Shown here piece by piece: positions 1 to 10,612 of a stretch of DNA of 64,000 nt; within the stretch, counting starts at the first letter, position 1, and the number at the start of each line of letters is the position of its first letter. Source of the DNA: Bacteroidota bacterium (GTDB taxonomy: Bacteria > Bacteroidota > Bacteroidia > Bacteroidales > Rikenellaceae); NCBI GenBank assembly GCA_023443765.1, contig JAEZTA010000002.1, positions 2,056 to 66,055 of the forward strand. Direction: 5' to 3'. The position numbers were made by a program, and so were the translations under genes. The notes under the pieces were generated by a model that worked only from the letters and a program-made list of their open reading frames with translations, was not told the DNA's origin and did no database searches.

Positions 1-2442
1 CTGAAGGACGCCTCGTCGACGGCCATTTACGGCGCCCGCGGTTCGAACGGTGTGATCATCGTCACCACGAAGAAGGGCAATCCCACGGTGAGCAAGCCGT
101 GGATCACGCTCAAGGCCGACATGGGCTTCTCGCAGCTGCCCCGCAACCTTGACGTGATGAACGCCACGGAGTTCGCCCTCTACCGCAACGATGTGACCTA
201 TTTCAACTGGCAGATGGGCAACCGTCCGGTCGGGGATTACACCTACAACGACCCCTATTCGCTGGGCCGGGGAACCAACTGGATCGACGAGATCACCCGT
301 ACGGCTCCCTACCAGAACTACAACCTCTCGGTGTCGGGCCGTTCGAAGACGAGCAGCTACTTCGTGTCGCTGGGTTACAGCGACATCCAGGGTATCGTCG
401 ACGACAGCGGTTTTCAGCGTACGACAGCCCGTGTCAACGTGTCGCACGACTTCGCCAAGTGGTTCACGGCGGGTGTCAACTCGTCGATTTCCTACCGCGA
501 CGAGGCCAACAACAAGGCCAACATCGGCGGTTCGTCGGTGTGGAACGCCGCGACCTACCTTGCTCCCGTGCTGGGTCCGGAGGACACTTACAACCCCTTC
601 TACGGCTCGGGGCAGACGATCAACAACCCGCGTTACACGATCAACCTGAACGAGAACACGCTGGAGCGTTTTGCCTCGACCAACACGTTGTATGTCGACC
701 TGAAACCCGTTGAGGGACTGAAGATCAGCAGCAAATTCACCTACTATCTCTACCAGCGCCACGACTACCGTTTCTACCCGAGCACGCTGCCCGTCAGGAA
801 CGAAGGCGAGGGCGGCGAGGGTTATCGTGCGGAGTACGACACGCGCACGCTCTCGACCGAGAATACGGTGACTTACGCCTATACGGCCAAAACGGGCCAC
901 TATTTCGACGTGATGGGCGGTTTCACGGGCTCGAAGTCGCGCCTGAACGGGCTGGACCTGAGCGCCAAGGGCCTGATCGTCGACGACAACAAGTGGAACA
1001 ACATGAACGGCATCTACGACAAGCAGAACTATACGAGCACCTCCTACACCAACTACATTACGAAGATGTCGGTGCTGGCCCGTGTGAACTACAACTACAA
1101 GAAACGCTACTACCTGACCCTGACGGGGCGTTACGACGGTTCGTCGAACTTCGCCGCCAACCACAAGTGGGGATTCTTCCCCTCGGCGGCTGTCAAGTGG
1201 AATATTTCGAACGAATACTTCATGCGCCGCGTGCGCTGGATCGAGGAGTTGTCGCTGCGCGTGAGCGCCGGGCGCACGGGTAACGACGCCATCAAACCCT
1301 ACCGCTCGATCGAGGCCTACACCTCGACTTCGGACGGTTACCTGCTGGGCGGCTCGCAGTCGACGGCGTTCTATCCGGTCCGCGTGGCGAGCAACAACCT
1401 GACGTGGGAGACCACCGACCTCTACAATGCCGCCATCGACGCTTCGCTGTTCAAAAAACGTCTGAATATCACCTTCGAAGGCTACATTTCGAAGACCCGC
1501 GACCTGCTGCTGTCGGTCCAGAAGGCCGCGCAGTCGGGTTTCCCGAGCCACTTCGAGAACATCGGCCGCACGTCGAATAAGGGCCTCGAACTGACCGTCG
1601 AGTCGCGCAACATCGTCAAGCGCAACTTCTCGTGGTCCACGTCGCTCACGCTGTCGCACAACAAGCAGCAGGTCGAGGACATCGGTTCGGAGGATTTCGT
1701 CAGCGCGATGAACAGCCCCGGCAACAGCCAGTACATGATGTACGGCTATGTCAAGAACCGGCCGCTCAACGCCCTGTGGGGTTTCAAGTACGGCGGCGTG
1801 TGGCACAACCAGGAGGAGATCGAACGCAACAAGGTGACCAACACCTATGTTTCGGCCACGACCTCCCTCAGCCCCGGCCTGCCGCGCTACATCGACACCA
1901 ACAACGACGGTGCGCTGGACCAGAAGGACCTGGTCTACCTGGGCAACGCCGACCCCACGATCTACGGCGGTTTGCAGAATACGTTCAACATCGGGCAGCT
2001 GAAGGTCGGCGTCTACTTCGCCTATTCGCTCGGCGGCAAGATCTACAACTATTCGGAGCTCTACATGGCGGGTAGTTTCTCGTCCAACCAATACCGCTAC
2101 ATGGCCAATTCGTGGCATCCGGTGCGCAATCCGGACTCGGACCTGCCCCGCGCGGGCGGCGTACAGGTGCATGTCCCGAGCGATTTGCAGGTGCACGACG
2201 CTTCGTACCTGCGCCTGAAAAACGTCTCGGTGGCCTACACGTTCGACCTGCGCAAGCGGGTGAAGTGGCTGCGCGACATCACGCTGAGCGTCAGCGGCGA
2301 GAACCTCTACCTGTGGTCGAAGTACAACGGTTTCGACCCCGACGTTTCGACTTCGAGCGAAAGCTCGACGCTGCGGCGCGTCGACATGGGCGCCTATCCG
2401 CGGGCCCGCACGGTGATTTTCAGTGTTCAAATCCGCTACTAA
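1..2442 (+). CDS. susC: SusC/RagA-family TonB-dependent transporter (5' truncated by window edge)
   Basis: Frame is open from base 1 and reads LKDASSTAIYGARGSNGVIIVTTKKG (SusC plug signature); RYDGSSNF..KWGFFPS, LTWETT and DASYLRLKN motifs; C-terminal aromatic residue; followed by SusD. Confidence 0.95.
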   Translation: MKDASSTAIYGARGSNGVIIVTTKKGNPTVSKPWITLKADMGFSQLPRNLDVMNATEFALYRNDVTYFNWQMGNRPVGDYTYNDPYSLGRGTNWIDEITRTAPYQNYNLSVSGRSKTSSYFVSLGYSDIQGIVDDSGFQRTTARVNVSHDFAKWFTAGVNSSISYRDEANNKANIGGSSVWNAATYLAPVLGPEDTYNPFYGSGQTINNPRYTINLNENTLERFASTNTLYVDLKPVEGLKISSKFTYYLYQRHDYRFYPSTLPVRNEGEGGEGYRAEYDTRTLSTENTVTYAYTAKTGHYFDVMGGFTGSKSRLNGLDLSAKGLIVDDNKWNNMNGIYDKQNYTSTSYTNYITKMSVLARVNYNYKKRYYLTLTGRYDGSSNFAANHKWGFFPSAAVKWNISNEYFMRRVRWIEELSLRVSAGRTGNDAIKPYRSIEAYTSTSDGYLLGGSQSTAFYPVRVASNNLTWETTDLYNAAIDASLFKKRLNITFEGYISKTRDLLLSVQKAAQSGFPSHFENIGRTSNKGLELTVESRNIVKRNFSWSTSLTLSHNKQQVEDIGSEDFVSAMNSPGNSQYMMYGYVKNRPLNALWGFKYGGVWHNQEEIERNKVTNTYVSATTSLSPGLPRYIDTNNDGALDQKDLVYLGNADPTIYGGLQNTFNIGQLKVGVYFAYSLGGKIYNYSELYMAGSFSSNQYRYMANSWHPVRNPDSDLPRAGGVQVHVPSDLQVHDASYLRLKNVSVAYTFDLRKRVKWLRDITLSVSGENLYLWSKYNGFDPDVSTSSESSTLRRVDMGAYPRARTVIFSVQIRY

Positions 2443-2460
2443 TCAAAAATGACTACGACT

Positions 2461-3960
2461 ATGAAATCCATAAAATCAGTTTTGCTGGCGGTGGCGGTGG
2501 CGCTCACGGGTGCCTGCTCGCTTCAGGAAACGCCCGAGTTCTTCGTCAACCGGAGCAATTTCTACCGCAACAAGTCGGAGTGCATCGCCGGTCTGAACAG
2601 CTGCTACATTCCGCTCAAGACGATCTATAACTTCAACTTCGGGGTGATGACCGAGGGCGTCACCGACCTGCTGTTCCACAATTCGCCAACGGTCTACGAT
2701 TCACGCCTCGAAATCTCGCCCGCGCTGCCCGGCTACGGGGCCACGGTGTGGACCCAGGGCTATAAGGCCGTGATGTACTGCAACGCCGCCATCGAGGGCA
2801 TCAAAAACGCCACGGTGAGCGAGGCGGATCGCAGTAAGCTGCTGGCCGAGGGCGTGATCCTGCGGGCGATGTACTACTACCTGCTCACGTCGGTCTTCGG
2901 CGACGTGCCTTTCTACACGATCGACGTCAGCACCGAGGAGCTGCTCAACCAGACGGCCCGGCTGCCGCGCATGTCGGCCGTCGAGACCCGCAACTACCTG
3001 ATCAAAGAGTTGATGGAGAAGGTTCCCGACCTGGACCAGGTGCGGTCGTCGGAGATTGCCGACAACCGCATGGGCGCCGCCGTGGGGTGGATGCTCGCCG
3101 CCAAGATGGCGATGTGGAACAAGCAGTGGGACACGGCGCTCGAAGCGCTCGCGGAACTGGAGAAGATTTACGGCACACTCGACCAGTACCCGCTCTCCGA
3201 CGTTCCGTTCCGGATGAAGAACACGCCCGAGTCGATCCTCGAAATCCAGCACTCCTACACTTCGGGCGGCCTGATCTACACCTCGAACTACGCCTGCATC
3301 TGCATGCCCAACCAGACCACCGCGGAGTCGGGAACCGACGTGTTCGACGGTGTGAAGATCGAGGAACTGGGCGACGACGCCAACGTGTGGCCCGGCATGC
3401 GGCCCAACCTGGTTTTCAGCGCCGGTTTGCAGACCCGCACGGGCGGCGACCGCCGCGTGGAGATGAACCTCGCGTGGGAGTACGACGGGCAGGAGTTCAA
3501 GAGCGTCGGGACGCGTCCGTGGCTCGGCCCGAAATTCTGGTGCCCCGGCATGCGAGACAGCTACGACTCGAACAACTACAAGGTTTTCCGCTATGCCGAC
3601 GCCGTGCTGATGATGGCCGAGTGCTGGTGTATGAAGGAGAACCTGGAACAGACGAAATCGTACCTCAATCAGGTGAAAAACCGGGCCGGCATCGCCGAAT
3701 TCTCGGTCTTCAAGAGTTGGGAGCGGATGCTCGAAGAGATTCAGAACGAGCGCGCCCGCGAACTGATCGGCGAGTTCCAGCGCAAATTCGACCTCGTGCG
3801 GTGGGGTATCTGGTATACGAAGACCCTCGAATCGGCCGACTACGAGACGGTGCGCAACGCCATCCTGCCCTGTCACGAGTATTACCCGATCCCCGACACG
3901 CAGGTGGTCTACTCGGGCTATGCGCTCGACAACAAGGAGTATGAGAAATACGGACTTTAA
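2461..3960 (+). CDS. susD: SusD/RagB-family nutrient-binding lipoprotein (alternative start 2449)
   Basis: Lipobox LTGAC; LRAMYYYLL..FGDVP, FRYADAVLMMAE and ERARELIGEFQRKFDLVRWG motifs; directly after SusC. Confidence 0.93.
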   Translation: MKSIKSVLLAVAVALTGACSLQETPEFFVNRSNFYRNKSECIAGLNSCYIPLKTIYNFNFGVMTEGVTDLLFHNSPTVYDSRLEISPALPGYGATVWTQGYKAVMYCNAAIEGIKNATVSEADRSKLLAEGVILRAMYYYLLTSVFGDVPFYTIDVSTEELLNQTARLPRMSAVETRNYLIKELMEKVPDLDQVRSSEIADNRMGAAVGWMLAAKMAMWNKQWDTALEALAELEKIYGTLDQYPLSDVPFRMKNTPESILEIQHSYTSGGLIYTSNYACICMPNQTTAESGTDVFDGVKIEELGDDANVWPGMRPNLVFSAGLQTRTGGDRRVEMNLAWEYDGQEFKSVGTRPWLGPKFWCPGMRDSYDSNNYKVFRYADAVLMMAECWCMKENLEQTKSYLNQVKNRAGIAEFSVFKSWERMLEEIQNERARELIGEFQRKFDLVRWGIWYTKTLESADYETVRNAILPCHEYYPIPDTQVVYSGYALDNKEYEKYGL

Positions 3961-3977
3961 CCTAAAAACGGAACATT

Positions 3978-5000
3978 ATGAGATTCAGTTATAAAGGCTT
4001 TGTATTGCTCGCGGCGCTCTGTGGGGTGCTGGGCGGGTGCAACGAGCCGTTCGAACCGACGATCCGGCTGGCCGTGGACAACAATCTGGTCAACCTGCCG
4101 GCGACGGAGGGCGTGACCCGCGTGATGGTCTATTCGACCGGGAAGTGGGCGCTCTCCGTGGATTCGGAGTCCGGCGCATGGGCGCGTATCGACCGCGATT
4201 CGGGCCGTGAAAACGGCGATTTCGTTTTCGAATACGACACCAACGGCGGTTTGTCGCGCAAGGCGACCATCCGCATCAGTTCCGGGGACCGCCTCTGCGA
4301 AGTGGTGATGTCCCAGGCAGCGGGAATTACCGACCCGACGCTGACCGTTACGCCCGGGAGCGTCGCGCTGCTGGGCGAAGGGTGTCCCGTGGCGATGACC
4401 CTTTCGAGCAACCTCGGACCCGACCTGGAGCGTGTGCAGCACGAAGTCTCCTACGGCGAGGACAGCGGCGAAGGGTGGATCGGCGATGTGACGCTCGACG
4501 ACGAGTCGCTGCGTTTCGCAGTGGCGGACAACACGACCGGGGCGATGCGTTTCGCCACGGTGACCCTCTGGGTTACGGACGGCAACGATGCCCGCTACGA
4601 GACCCGCGCTACCGTTACGCAGAGCGCCGAGGCGCTGGCCCTGACGATGACACCCGCCGAAGAGACCCACGCGGCGGCGGCCTACGGCGAAACCTTCAAA
4701 CAGGCTTTCGAGTGCAACATCCCGGCGGTTTACGGCGACCTGACGCTTGTCTGCGACTACCTGACGGGCGCTGAAGGCTGGCTGACGAACTATCGGATCG
4801 ACCGCGAGGCAGGGCTGGTGAGCGTGAAAATCCCGGCCAATCCCGCGGCGCCCCGTTCGGCGCGCTTCGCTCTGCGTTACGACAACGGACGCGGCCGGAC
4901 CATCACCACCGACTACGTCAACCTGACGCAGGCGAAGTGCGACATCGGCGGGGTGGAAGGCGACCAGATGGAGGGCGAGAAGGACGACAACGAATGGTAA
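3978..5000 (+). CDS. BACON-domain surface lipoprotein
   Basis: Lipobox VLGGC; repeated beta-rich units of the form W..(N)...R.A.I.....V.Q typical of BACON; PUL position. Confidence 0.75.
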   Translation: MRFSYKGFVLLAALCGVLGGCNEPFEPTIRLAVDNNLVNLPATEGVTRVMVYSTGKWALSVDSESGAWARIDRDSGRENGDFVFEYDTNGGLSRKATIRISSGDRLCEVVMSQAAGITDPTLTVTPGSVALLGEGCPVAMTLSSNLGPDLERVQHEVSYGEDSGEGWIGDVTLDDESLRFAVADNTTGAMRFATVTLWVTDGNDARYETRATVTQSAEALALTMTPAEETHAAAAYGETFKQAFECNIPAVYGDLTLVCDYLTGAEGWLTNYRIDREAGLVSVKIPANPAAPRSARFALRYDNGRGRTITTDYVNLTQAKCDIGGVEGDQMEGEKDDNEW

Positions 5001-5020
5001 CCGACTAAACAGACGCGAAA

Positions 5021-6577
5021 ATGAAAAAGATACAGAACCTATTGATAGTTTGCGGCCTCGTGCTGGCGGGGTGTTCCGAAACGCCCGTCGATACCGACGG
5101 CCTGCCCCAGCCCGCTCCGGTGAAACGTGTTTCGCTGCGGATCGCCGCGGGAACCGACACGCGCGCCGAACTGGGCGAAGACCTGCGGGTGAAGTTCCAG
5201 CCGGGCGACATGATCGACATCAACGGCGAGCCTTACGAGGTCTTCCTGCTCGACGACGGCTCGGCCGCCGTGCCCGGGGTCGTCGAGGCCCAGCGCTACG
5301 AGGCGGTGTTCCCGTCGGCCTGTAACTTCCTCCAGCAGACGAAGGAAGCTGCGAATTTCAAACTGCCGCTGGCGCAGTTCTATGCCGGTCCCGGTACGTT
5401 CGGGCGCAATGCGATGCCGATGTACGGCGAGGCGACGGGCATCGACGAGGACAAAGGCTATGTGAACGTCACGCTGCACAACATGTGCGGGGTGCTGAAA
5501 CTGACGCTCAAAGGGTCGGCGACGATCAACACGATCCTCGTCGAGGACAAATCGGGCGCTCCGATCTCGGGCTATGCCACGCTCGAAACCGACAGCGAGG
5601 GAAACAAAATCCTCGTGCCGGGCACGGCGAGTTCCGCGCGGGCCTACCACCTGGTGCTCAACTGCGGCGGTTCGGGACAGGGCGTCGCGCTGAGTGAAGC
5701 CGGAACCGACTTTTATGTGGTGATGCCCGCCCGTGCCTATGCCGCGGGGCTGAAAATCCGCATCACCGACCGTTCGCACCGGGCGATGACCCTCGATTCG
5801 CCGACTCCGCGCACAATCAAACGCAACGTTGTGACCGAGACCCCTGCAATCACCTATGCGCCCGATGCCAACCTGGTGTTCGCGGAGTATTTCGACGCCT
5901 GCACGTGGGGCGGGAATTACGTCGGCAACACGAAAGGTTATTCGCCCTCGCAGACCGAGGCCCAACAGAGCGGCGGCAGTCTGGCCGGAACGACCGCTGC
6001 GGGATCGGCGACGGGGCTTGAGGAGGCTCCCTTCTACGTGATGGAGAATGCCGCGGGAACGGCCGACTACTCCAATTCGTGGAACATCGTTCCCCCTTCG
6101 GCGGTCAACAACGTGACGGCGGACTACATCCGCAACCGCAACCTCTACGACTGGACCTACCTCTACCGCTGCGCCGAGTTTCAGGGCTGCCTGCGCGTCG
6201 GGTCGCCGACGCTGGGCCGCGGCAAGATCCACACGCCGAAACTCGCGAACATCCCCGCCGGCAATACGCGCAAGGCGCAGATCATCTTCCGCCTCTGCTA
6301 CGTCAAGGGCGCGAATATGACCGACCGCTTCCAGAGCTGGATCGACAAGGGAACCTACGAAGAGGTTTACATCGACGGAGCGAAGATGGCCTTCACGCCC
6401 GCCACGTCGGCCTACATCCCCAACTCCACGATCGGGACCGACGGCTGGGCCGAGGTGAAACTGATCGCCGGCGGCGTATCGAAAGATACCTCGTTCAACT
6501 TCTTCGAGGAGAAAGGCACGGCGGCCCCGACGAGCTACTATTTCGTCGACGACATCGAGGTCCGCCTGCTGGATTAA
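5021..6577 (+). CDS. Fimbrillin-like surface lipoprotein with C-terminal putative carbohydrate-binding domain
   Basis: Lipobox LAGC then TRA processing-like motif and F.PGD.I, AVFP, PMYG, LKLTL patterns seen in Bacteroidales fimbrillin-like proteins; C-terminal YFVDDIEV jelly-roll-like end. Confidence 0.6.
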   Translation: MKKIQNLLIVCGLVLAGCSETPVDTDGLPQPAPVKRVSLRIAAGTDTRAELGEDLRVKFQPGDMIDINGEPYEVFLLDDGSAAVPGVVEAQRYEAVFPSACNFLQQTKEAANFKLPLAQFYAGPGTFGRNAMPMYGEATGIDEDKGYVNVTLHNMCGVLKLTLKGSATINTILVEDKSGAPISGYATLETDSEGNKILVPGTASSARAYHLVLNCGGSGQGVALSEAGTDFYVVMPARAYAAGLKIRITDRSHRAMTLDSPTPRTIKRNVVTETPAITYAPDANLVFAEYFDACTWGGNYVGNTKGYSPSQTEAQQSGGSLAGTTAAGSATGLEEAPFYVMENAAGTADYSNSWNIVPPSAVNNVTADYIRNRNLYDWTYLYRCAEFQGCLRVGSPTLGRGKIHTPKLANIPAGNTRKAQIIFRLCYVKGANMTDRFQSWIDKGTYEEVYIDGAKMAFTPATSAYIPNSTIGTDGWAEVKLIAGGVSKDTSFNFFEEKGTAAPTSYYFVDDIEVRLLD

Positions 6578-6602
6578 CCCACCCTTTCAAAACCAAGACA
6601 AA

Positions 6603-8882
6603 ATGAAAACGAAAAATATGTGGAAACTGCTGCTGTTGACAGCCTTTGCGGGCTGTGCGGCGGCCTGCGCCGACGATCCGGACGAAGTCCCGGTCATCGA
6701 ACTCGGCGCCGTGAAAGGCGAATACATCGTGCCGGCGCAGAGCGGCACGGTCGAGGTCGAGGTGTACAGCAACCGCGGTTGCAACGTCTCGTTCCTCGAA
6801 GCGACCCCCTGGGCCGAGGCACACACCGGCCGGATTCCGGGCGACGGCGCTTTCAGCGTCACCTACGGGGCCAACGACTCCTTTGCCCGCGTGGCGCGCC
6901 TGTTGTTGCAGGACGACAGCGGACGCCGCCGCGATACGGTCTACATCCGCCAGGAGGGGGCGATCGAAGAGCGGCTGGTGTTTCCCGCACCGAATATCTC
7001 GGTGAAGGGCAGCAGCGGCGAGCAGACTGTTTCGGCCCCGCTCAACACCAACATCGGTTCGGAACGCCTCGTGACGAAGGTGGTCTATCCGGACGAGGGG
7101 GCTGCCGACTGGATTTCGGACGTGCGCGTCGACGACCGGTCCGGGGCGCTCCTCTTCGCCACGCAGGCCAATCCGGATCAGGAGAATATGCGTTCGGCGG
7201 AGATCACTCTTTCGTTCACCAACGGCTGGGACAAGGTCACTTCGGCCAAACTCTACATCGTGCAGGCCAATGCCCACGACGATTTCGGTACGGAGCGTTC
7301 GTTCGAAGAGATTCGCGCACTGTGCGGTCCCGGGCAGGTCGTGACTATCGAAAACGACTATTACATTTCGGCATGGGTGGTCAGCGACGCCGCGGGCGGC
7401 AACATGGGGGCCAACCCCATGACCACCGAGTCGACGATCAACTACGAGGTCTGCAAAAAGACGGCCTATGTCGAGAGCATCGACGGCAGCCTGGGCTTTC
7501 TGGTCGAGACGCAGACGGCTGACGATAACATTTTCATGCGTTACAGCCGCATCCAGCTTTCGCTGAAGGGCGTGCGCCTTGTACACGATACCGATCCCGA
7601 CCGGTTCTCGCTCAAGGGCGTGAAGTCGGCCATGATCATCAGTTCGCAACTGGGCACGGCGGCGGACATCCCGCACCGGGAGAAGCGCATCAGCCAGCTG
7701 ACCGACGACGATATTTACACCTACGTCACGCTGACCGACTGCGAGTTGCCGATCCGCAAAGGCCCGCTGACCCCGATCAACGAGGGGTATGCCAACGCCA
7801 CGGGCGCCAACCGGACGGAGAAATGCGCGTCGCTCGTGCGCGACATCGAGGGCGAGCACATCTACCTCTACACCAACACGACGTGCCTCTACCGCCGCGA
7901 CGGCAGCCGCCTGCCCTACGGTTCGGGCAAACTCTCGGGCATCGTCGTCCACGAGTTGTTCCCGCGCTTCGAGTGGGAGGACAATCCGAGCGGCGACGAC
8001 GAATCCTACGGGTATATCGGCCGTTATCAGTTGCGCCACGTCTCGAAGTCGGATTTCGACGGGCTGGCCAGTGATTTCAAGGACAGCTTTTCGGCGCTGC
8101 TGACCGAATACCGTTTCCTGCAGTATGACAATAACAAGGTCTATCCGACCTACGGAACCAACGGCTACCTGACGCACAGTTACAAGGACGGCACGGGCGC
8201 CATCAAGATTCTCTCCAACGAGGATTTCAGCTACCTCGGTCCGGTGGGCAACAAGTCCACGTTCATTTTCGGGTCGAACATCGGCAACGTCAACGGCATG
8301 GGCATCATCCTCGAAGACGGGACCGACTGGTGGCGCGATTTCCCCGACGTGAACAACAACACCTCCGGCGATACGTCGGGCGGCGGCAAAGGCAAGGTTC
8401 CCCGCAAGGGCAGCGCCGAAGGCCCCGCGTGGGTCGATTGGTACTGGTGGGATAAGGCCAACGACCGCGGCCACGCATGGATCATCAACTTCTCGACCGA
8501 GGGTATCTCGACCGACGTGCTGTCGATGCAGGTGAGCGTGCTGAACGACCGTTACGACAGCGGCAAATACGGGTCGCCCCGTTATTTCAACGTTGCGTGG
8601 TCCGAGACGGGCGACATGAACAACGACGACGACTGGACCTACATCGACTCCTACACCGTGCCCGACATGGCCCGCTGGACGCCTGCGACGCGTTATTGGC
8701 AGTATGCGGGCTGGAAGCCTGTCGACGTGAAACTGCCGCTCGCGATGCTCGGCAAAAAGAACGTCTACATCCGCCTGCAGGCGGCCCGGAATCTGGGCGG
8801 AAGCCTCGACGAGTATGCCGCCCAACCGATCGATTCGCCGTCGTGCATGAACTATTTCGCCATTCGTTACAACAAACAATAA
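6603..8882 (+). CDS. BACON + DUF5689-like surface lipoprotein
   Basis: Signal peptide with Cys followed by acidic ADDPDE; two BACON-like repeats; VVSDAAGGN, TAYVES and LPYGSGKLSGIV OB-fold-like motifs typical of DUF5689. Confidence 0.7.
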   Translation: MKTKNMWKLLLLTAFAGCAAACADDPDEVPVIELGAVKGEYIVPAQSGTVEVEVYSNRGCNVSFLEATPWAEAHTGRIPGDGAFSVTYGANDSFARVARLLLQDDSGRRRDTVYIRQEGAIEERLVFPAPNISVKGSSGEQTVSAPLNTNIGSERLVTKVVYPDEGAADWISDVRVDDRSGALLFATQANPDQENMRSAEITLSFTNGWDKVTSAKLYIVQANAHDDFGTERSFEEIRALCGPGQVVTIENDYYISAWVVSDAAGGNMGANPMTTESTINYEVCKKTAYVESIDGSLGFLVETQTADDNIFMRYSRIQLSLKGVRLVHDTDPDRFSLKGVKSAMIISSQLGTAADIPHREKRISQLTDDDIYTYVTLTDCELPIRKGPLTPINEGYANATGANRTEKCASLVRDIEGEHIYLYTNTTCLYRRDGSRLPYGSGKLSGIVVHELFPRFEWEDNPSGDDESYGYIGRYQLRHVSKSDFDGLASDFKDSFSALLTEYRFLQYDNNKVYPTYGTNGYLTHSYKDGTGAIKILSNEDFSYLGPVGNKSTFIFGSNIGNVNGMGIILEDGTDWWRDFPDVNNNTSGDTSGGGKGKVPRKGSAEGPAWVDWYWWDKANDRGHAWIINFSTEGISTDVLSMQVSVLNDRYDSGKYGSPRYFNVAWSETGDMNNDDDWTYIDSYTVPDMARWTPATRYWQYAGWKPVDVKLPLAMLGKKNVYIRLQAARNLGGSLDEYAAQPIDSPSCMNYFAIRYNKQ

Positions 8883-8891
8883 TCTTACAGA

Positions 8892-8923
8892 CGACCGGGG
8901 CGGGCAATGGCCTGTCCCGGTCG
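8892..8923 (+). other. Intergenic GC-rich stem-loop without U-tract (possible mRNA stabiliser/partial terminator)
   Basis: cgaccggggcgggc-aatg-gcctgtcccggtcg inverted repeat between the lipoprotein and GH20 genes. Confidence 0.55.
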
Positions 8924-8945
8924 CTGACGACAAAATCCCGAATTT

Positions 8946-10529
8946 ATGCAAAGAGTCCTGATCCTTGTCGCCGCGCTCCTCCTCTCGGTTGCGTGCGCCG
9001 AAGCCCCGCAACCCGAAATCAATGTCATTCCCCGGCCCGCGTCGGTCGCTCCGGGCACCGGAACGTTCCGTATCGGCCGCAGTTGTAAGATCGGTTACGA
9101 CGATCCCTCGCTGCAATCCGTTGCTGCGCTGTGTGCCGGCTACCTGGCCGATGCCGGGGTGCGGAAGCCCGTCGTGACGGACAAGCCCGTGCACAAGGGC
9201 GTCGACCTACAACTGGACGGCACGCTTGCGGGCGAGGAGTACACGCTGAGCGCGACGCCGAAAGGCGTGTCGATCTGCGGCGGTTCGCCCCGGGCGGTGC
9301 TCTACGGCGTGCAGACCCTGCGCCAGCTGATCGACGGCGACCGGATTCCCGTTGCGGAGATTCGCGACAAACCCTTCTTCGGCTACCGCGGTGCGATGTT
9401 CGACGTGGCGCGCTATTTCTACCCCGTGGAGGATGTCAAGCGGTTTATCGACATCATGGCGCTCCACAAGCTCAACACCTTCCACTGGCACCTGACCAAC
9501 GACCAGGGGTGGCGCATTGAGATCAAGCGCTATCCCGAACTGACGCGTGTGGGTTCACAGCGCAAGGAGACGCTGATCGGCCACTACAAGACTTCGAACG
9601 AATACGACGGTACGCCCTACGGCGGTTACTACACGCAGGACGAAATCCGCGAGGTGGTGGCCTATGCCGCCGAACGCTGCATCGACGTGATTCCCGAGAT
9701 CGAACTGCCCGGCCATTCGATGGCCGCCCTGGCATCGTATCCGTGGCTGGGGTGCACGAAAGGTCCCTACGAGGTGCGCACGACGTGGTTTTACAGCAGC
9801 GATGTGCTCTGTGCGGGTCGCGAGACGACCTTCGAATTCCTTGAAAACGTACTTTCGGAGGTGCTCGAACTCTTTCCGTCGAAATACATCCACATCGGCG
9901 GGGATGAGTGTCCCAAGGTACGGTGGGAGAAGTGTTCCGACTGCCAGCGCCGCATACGGCAGGAGGGGTTGAAGGACGAGAATGCCCTCCAGAGCTACTT
10001 CGTGTGCCGCATCGAGGAGTGGCTGCACGCCCACGGGCGCGAGATGATCGGCTGGGACGAACTGCTCGAAGGCGGCGTGACGCCCTCGACCATCGTCATG
10101 TCGTGGCGCGGCACGGAAGGGGGAATCAAGGCCGCGAAACTCGGCAACCGGGTGATCATGTCCCCGCGGTTCTACTTCTACCTCGACTACTACCAGACTT
10201 CCGACCCGGAGAAGAACGGCGAGCGGCTCTCGATCGGCCGCAACATCCCGATTCGCAAACTCTACGGTTATGACCCCTTCGACCAACTCGACGAGGCGCA
10301 GAGCCGCAACATCCTCGGCGTCCAGGCCAACCTCTGGACCGAGTACATCGCCACGATGGACCATGCGGAATACATGCTGCTGCCGCGCCTGGCCGCCATG
10401 TCCGAGGTGGCGTGGGCTCCCGGGGGGCGCGACTACGACGATTTCGTGCGGAGGCTCGGCACGCTGCGCGGCCTGTACGACCGCGAGGGGTACGAATATG
10501 CCGATTTCGTGTTCCGGGGCATCGAGTGA
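8946..10529 (+). CDS. GH20 beta-N-acetylhexosaminidase (lipoprotein)
   Basis: YRGAMFDVAR, FHWHLTNDQGWR, IPEIELPGH, catalytic HIGGDE, GVQANLWTE. Confidence 0.95.
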   Translation: MQRVLILVAALLLSVACAEAPQPEINVIPRPASVAPGTGTFRIGRSCKIGYDDPSLQSVAALCAGYLADAGVRKPVVTDKPVHKGVDLQLDGTLAGEEYTLSATPKGVSICGGSPRAVLYGVQTLRQLIDGDRIPVAEIRDKPFFGYRGAMFDVARYFYPVEDVKRFIDIMALHKLNTFHWHLTNDQGWRIEIKRYPELTRVGSQRKETLIGHYKTSNEYDGTPYGGYYTQDEIREVVAYAAERCIDVIPEIELPGHSMAALASYPWLGCTKGPYEVRTTWFYSSDVLCAGRETTFEFLENVLSEVLELFPSKYIHIGGDECPKVRWEKCSDCQRRIRQEGLKDENALQSYFVCRIEEWLHAHGREMIGWDELLEGGVTPSTIVMSWRGTEGGIKAAKLGNRVIMSPRFYFYLDYYQTSDPEKNGERLSIGRNIPIRKLYGYDPFDQLDEAQSRNILGVQANLWTEYIATMDHAEYMLLPRLAAMSEVAWAPGGRDYDDFVRRLGTLRGLYDREGYEYADFVFRGIE

Positions 10530-10548
10530 CGCTGCGGGCAAAAGGCAT

Positions 10549-10593
10549 CCGGCGGGGTTTCAGCTTGCAGGCTGGGGTCCCGCCGGTTTTTTT
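10549..10593 (+). terminator. Intrinsic terminator between convergent GH20 and regulator genes
   Basis: ccggcgggg...cccgccgg stem followed by T7. Confidence 0.8.
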
Positions 10594-10612
10594 GTGCTGT
10601 TGCGGTGGGTGA

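Noticed and set aside
6495..9194. 899-aa minus-strand ORF, and similar long antisense ORFs (13850-15961, 23944-26154, 45738-47588, 50825-53218)
   Set aside because: Shadow frames of well-supported genes in high-GC DNA; no recognisable motifs
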